Of a stretch of DNA of 64,000 nucleotides, positions 61,439-64,000 are shown piece after piece. Location: the NCBI GenBank assembly GCA_963736005.1, contig CAVTNB010000001.1:1792001-1856000 (forward strand), in the 5' to 3' direction. A model generated the notes under the pieces. That model ran no database searches. It had not been told where the DNA came from and saw only the letters and a program-made list of their open reading frames with translations. The position numbers were made by a program, and so were the translations under genes. This DNA is from an uncultured Pseudomonadota bacterium. Lineage in GTDB: Bacteria > Vulcanimicrobiota > Vulcanimicrobiia > Eremiobacterales > Eremiobacteraceae. How positions within the stretch are numbered: the stretch's first letter is position 1; each line of letters begins with the position of its first letter.

Positions 61439-61936
61439 ATGTTCATCTCGCACTTCAACGACGCCGTTTTCATCGCAAAGCTTATCAACTTTGCGGTTTT
61501 CGTGGCGGCCATCGTCTGGCTTTTCAACAAGTATGGCAAGCCGGCATTGGTCGCCCATCAGGAAGCCCAGAATCGGATCGTCGAAGACGCCAAGAAATAC
61601 CGCGAGCAAAGTGAAGCGGCTGTTGCGCAGGCTCGGGGTGCTATCGATCAAGCAAAGACCGACGGCGAGCGCATGATCGGGGTGGGGGAAGCCCAGGCGA
61701 AAAGACTTATCGAAGTCGAACGCGCTGCGGCCACAGCACACGCCGCGCGCATCCTCGCTCACGCGAGCGGCGAACTCGAACGCGAGCGGTACCGCGTTCG
61801 CCGTGAACTGCTCGAAGAGACTGTCGACCGCGCCCATCGCAAGGCACAAGAGCTCGCGAAGCGCGATATCGACGCAACCAGGCAACAGGCGCTTTTCGAG
61901 CAGGCGATTTCCTATTTGGAGCGCTCGCATGCTTAA
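61439..61936 (+). CDS. atpF: ATP synthase F0 subunit b
   Basis: KLINF..F TM then Ala/Glu-rich coiled coil; precedes atpH. Confidence 0.88.
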   Translation: MFISHFNDAVFIAKLINFAVFVAAIVWLFNKYGKPALVAHQEAQNRIVEDAKKYREQSEAAVAQARGAIDQAKTDGERMIGVGEAQAKRLIEVERAAATAHAARILAHASGELERERYRVRRELLEETVDRAHRKAQELAKRDIDATRQQALFEQAISYLERSHA

Positions 61937-62507
61937 AGACAGCATCGCCCAACGGTATTCCGAAGCCCTGTTCGAGTTGGCGAAGAAGCAGGGCGTCGTC
62001 GAGCGAGTCACTTCCGAACTTGACGGATTCGTCGCCGTTCTTGCGCTTGACCCAGACCTCGCCGCATTTTTTGGATCCCCGGTCGTCGAGCGCGAGGAGA
62101 AAATCAAACTGATCACCTCGACACTCGAGGCGCGGATGCACGAACTCACCCTAAATTTTGTCGTTTTGCTTGTGCGAAAACGACGTGAGAACCTCATTGG
62201 CATCGTGGCGCGCCAAATGCACGAATTACTCGACCGTGACGCTGGGCGCAAGGTCGCGGCGATTGGGACCCCGATGCCGCTGCAACGGGGTCAACTCGAC
62301 GAACTTGCGCAACGCCTTTCCTCCGTGTATAGCGCGACAATCGTTCCGCACACAAAAGTCTCGCCGGAACTGCTTGGCGGCCTCGTCGTGCAAGTTGGCG
62401 ATCGCTACGTTGATGCCAGCATCGCCGGGAGACTCGAAGAGCTTCGCCGTCATCTCTTGGAGGGTGCCGATAGCTGGGCGACGACCTCCCCGAACGGAAA
62501 ACCCTAG
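61929..62507 (+). CDS. atpH: ATP synthase F1 subunit delta
   Basis: A.RY..ALF, NF..LL, LLGG..V.VGD...D.S. Confidence 0.94.
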   Translation: MLKDSIAQRYSEALFELAKKQGVVERVTSELDGFVAVLALDPDLAAFFGSPVVEREEKIKLITSTLEARMHELTLNFVVLLVRKRRENLIGIVARQMHELLDRDAGRKVAAIGTPMPLQRGQLDELAQRLSSVYSATIVPHTKVSPELLGGLVVQVGDRYVDASIAGRLEELRRHLLEGADSWATTSPNGKP

Positions 62508-62511
62508 AACT

Positions 62512-62538
62512 TGTCGCAGCGGACCTTGAGATCCGCTC
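62512..62538 (+). repeat. REP family A copy inside the atp operon
   Basis: tgtcgcagcggaccttgagatccgctc. Confidence 0.75.
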
Positions 62539-62558
62539 ACTAAAGGGAAAACGAAACC

Positions 62559-64000
62559 ATGTTAAACGCCGACGAAATCGCCGGAATACTCAAACAACAG
62601 ATCGCGAGCGCGCGGATTGAAACGCGACAGGATGAGGTTGGCACCGTCATAGCGGTGGGCGACTCGATCGCGCGCGTGTACGGGTTGAGCGCCGTCAAAA
62701 TGATGGAGTTGGTCCAATTTCCCAACGGGTTGCTCGGTATTGCATTCAACCTTGAAGAGGATAACGTCGGCGTCGTCATCCTGGGACCAGACAACGAAAT
62801 TAAAGAGGGCGATACTGTCCGGCGAACGGGGCGTATCATCTCGGTGCCGGTCGGCGACGGCGTTATCGGACGGGTCATCAACCCGCTCGGGCAGCCTCTT
62901 GATGACAAAGGGGCGATTGAGACCACGCGTACGCGACCCATCGAAACGCAAGCACCAAGTGTTGTGCAGCGCCAACCCGTGAGCCAACCGCTTCAAACGG
63001 GCATTAAAGCCATCGACGGCCTGGTGCCCATCGGCAAAGGCCAGCGCGAGCTGATCATTGGCGACCGGCAGACCGGCAAGACGGCGCTCGCGATCGACGC
63101 AATCATCAATCAAAAAGGCAAGAACGTTACCTGTATTTACGTTGCGATCGGACAAAAGACGTCGACCGTCGCGCAGACCTATAAAATCTTGACTGACGCA
63201 GGCGCGATGGACTATACGACGATCGTGGCTGCCAACGCAGCCGATCCAGCCAGCCTGCGCTACATCGCTCCATACGCCGGCTGCGCGATGGGTCAAGAGC
63301 TCATGTACGCGGGCCGCGACGTGCTCATCGTGTACGATGATCTTTCCAAACACGCGCAAGCATATCGCGAGATCTCGCTCATCCTGCGGCGCCCGCCGGG
63401 TCGCGAAGCGTATCCAGGAGATATTTTCTACTTGCACTCGCGCTTGCTGGAACGCGCGGCGAAGCTCTCCGACGAGTTGGGCGCCGGTTCGATGACCGCC
63501 CTGCCTGTGATTGAGACTCAGCAAGGCGACGTCTCGGCCTACATTCCAACGAATCTGATTTCTATCACCGATGGTCAAATTTACTTGGAGACGAGTTTGT
63601 TCTATAGCGGCATCCGGCCGGCGATCGACGTTGGCTTGTCGGTGTCGCGCGTGGGCGGGGCTGCGCAGACCAAAGCGATGAAGTCGGTCGCAGGCCAGTT
63701 GCGTTTGGAGCTGTCGCAGTATCGCGATCTCGCCGCCTTCTCGAAGCTCTCTTCCGATTTGGACAAGGTCACGCAAGCGCAGCTCTCACGCGGCGAAAAA
63801 ATCACCGAGACCCTCAAGCAGCCGCAGTTCGAGCCGCTCTCGCTCGAGCAGCAAGTCATCCAGCTCTACGTTGCCGTCAACGATTTTCTTGCCGACGTGC
63901 CCAACGAGCGAATTTCGCAATTCCACCGCCAATTCTACGAGTTCTTGCACACGGCGCATCCCGATATTCCCAGCGCCATCGCCGAGCGCAAAGAACTGAG
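62559..64000 (+). CDS. atpA: ATP synthase F1 subunit alpha (3' end outside window)
   Basis: Manual translation [15 protein letters not shown]..., [33 protein letters not shown]; not in ORF track because it runs off the edge. Confidence 0.97.
   Translation, partial: MLNADEIAGILKQQIASARIETRQDEVGTVIAVGDSIARVYGLSAVKMMELVQFPNGLLGIAFNLEEDNVGVVILGPDNEIKEGDTVRRTGRIISVPVGDGVIGRVINPLGQPLDDKGAIETTRTRPIETQAPSVVQRQPVSQPLQTGIKAIDGLVPIGKGQRELIIGDRQTGKTALAIDAIINQKGKNVTCIYVAIGQKTSTVAQTYKILTDAGAMDYTTIVAANAADPASLRYIAPYAGCAMGQELMYAGRDVLIVYDDLSKHAQAYREISLILRRPPGREAYPGDIFYLHSRLLERAAKLSDELGAGSMTALPVIETQQGDVSAYIPTNLISITDGQIYLETSLFYSGIRPAIDVGLSVSRVGGAAQTKAMKSVAGQLRLELSQYRDLAAFSKLSSDLDKVTQAQLSRGEKITETLKQPQFEPLSLEQQVIQLYVAVNDFLADVPNERISQFHRQFYEFLHTAHPDIPSAIAERKEL

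Noticed and set aside
60974..63776. Long minus-strand ORFs (425 aa and 404 aa)
   Set aside because: Antisense shadows of atp genes, expected at high GC

Overview
GC-rich bacterial chromosomal window, mostly housekeeping, with no phage, transposase, CRISPR array, rRNA or tRNA recognised. The gene order is Terrabacteria/Firmicutes-like (ywlE-rpiB-glyA-upp-dCMP deaminase-tagO/wecA-wecB-atp; fabF-rnc-smc; rpmA-obgE-nadD), yet the window also carries outer-membrane functions (two TonB-dependent receptors, ADP-heptose synthesis, GT9 heptosyltransferases, an LpxB-like protein). This fits a diderm Terrabacterium such as Candidatus Eremiobacterota (inference only). Blocks in order: (1) mreC(partial)-mreB-maf-DUF3465-nadD-obgE-rpmA on the minus strand; (2) a 5.5-22 kb accessory envelope/hydrolase region with two paralogous TBDTs, an M48-like/RDD protein and a VOC/CGNR regulator pair; (3) Cys/Met lyase, a candidate Lys-rich micropeptide, fabF-rnc-smc-purH; (4) hisS-[accB plus an LPS-core cassette]-aspS; (5) a dipeptide-epimerase/DUF1611/peptide-SBP/C39 cluster and a probable 6S RNA; (6) ywlE through wecB and the ATP synthase operon (atpA truncated by the window edge). 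Most notable observations: a 12-aa MAKKKAKKAKKK ORF with its own strong RBS, structured leader and terminator; three TAACY-N17-RGTTW operator-like sites between divergent promoters; smc apparently starting at ATC; MreB with an actin-like Gln at the catalytic position; L27 with a Prp-type pro-peptide but no prp/rplU nearby; and two GTAG-type REP families that supply stop codons and an N-terminus to genes. Four apparent frameshifts may be sequencing or assembly errors. All family assignments come from motif recognition by eye, not from database searches.
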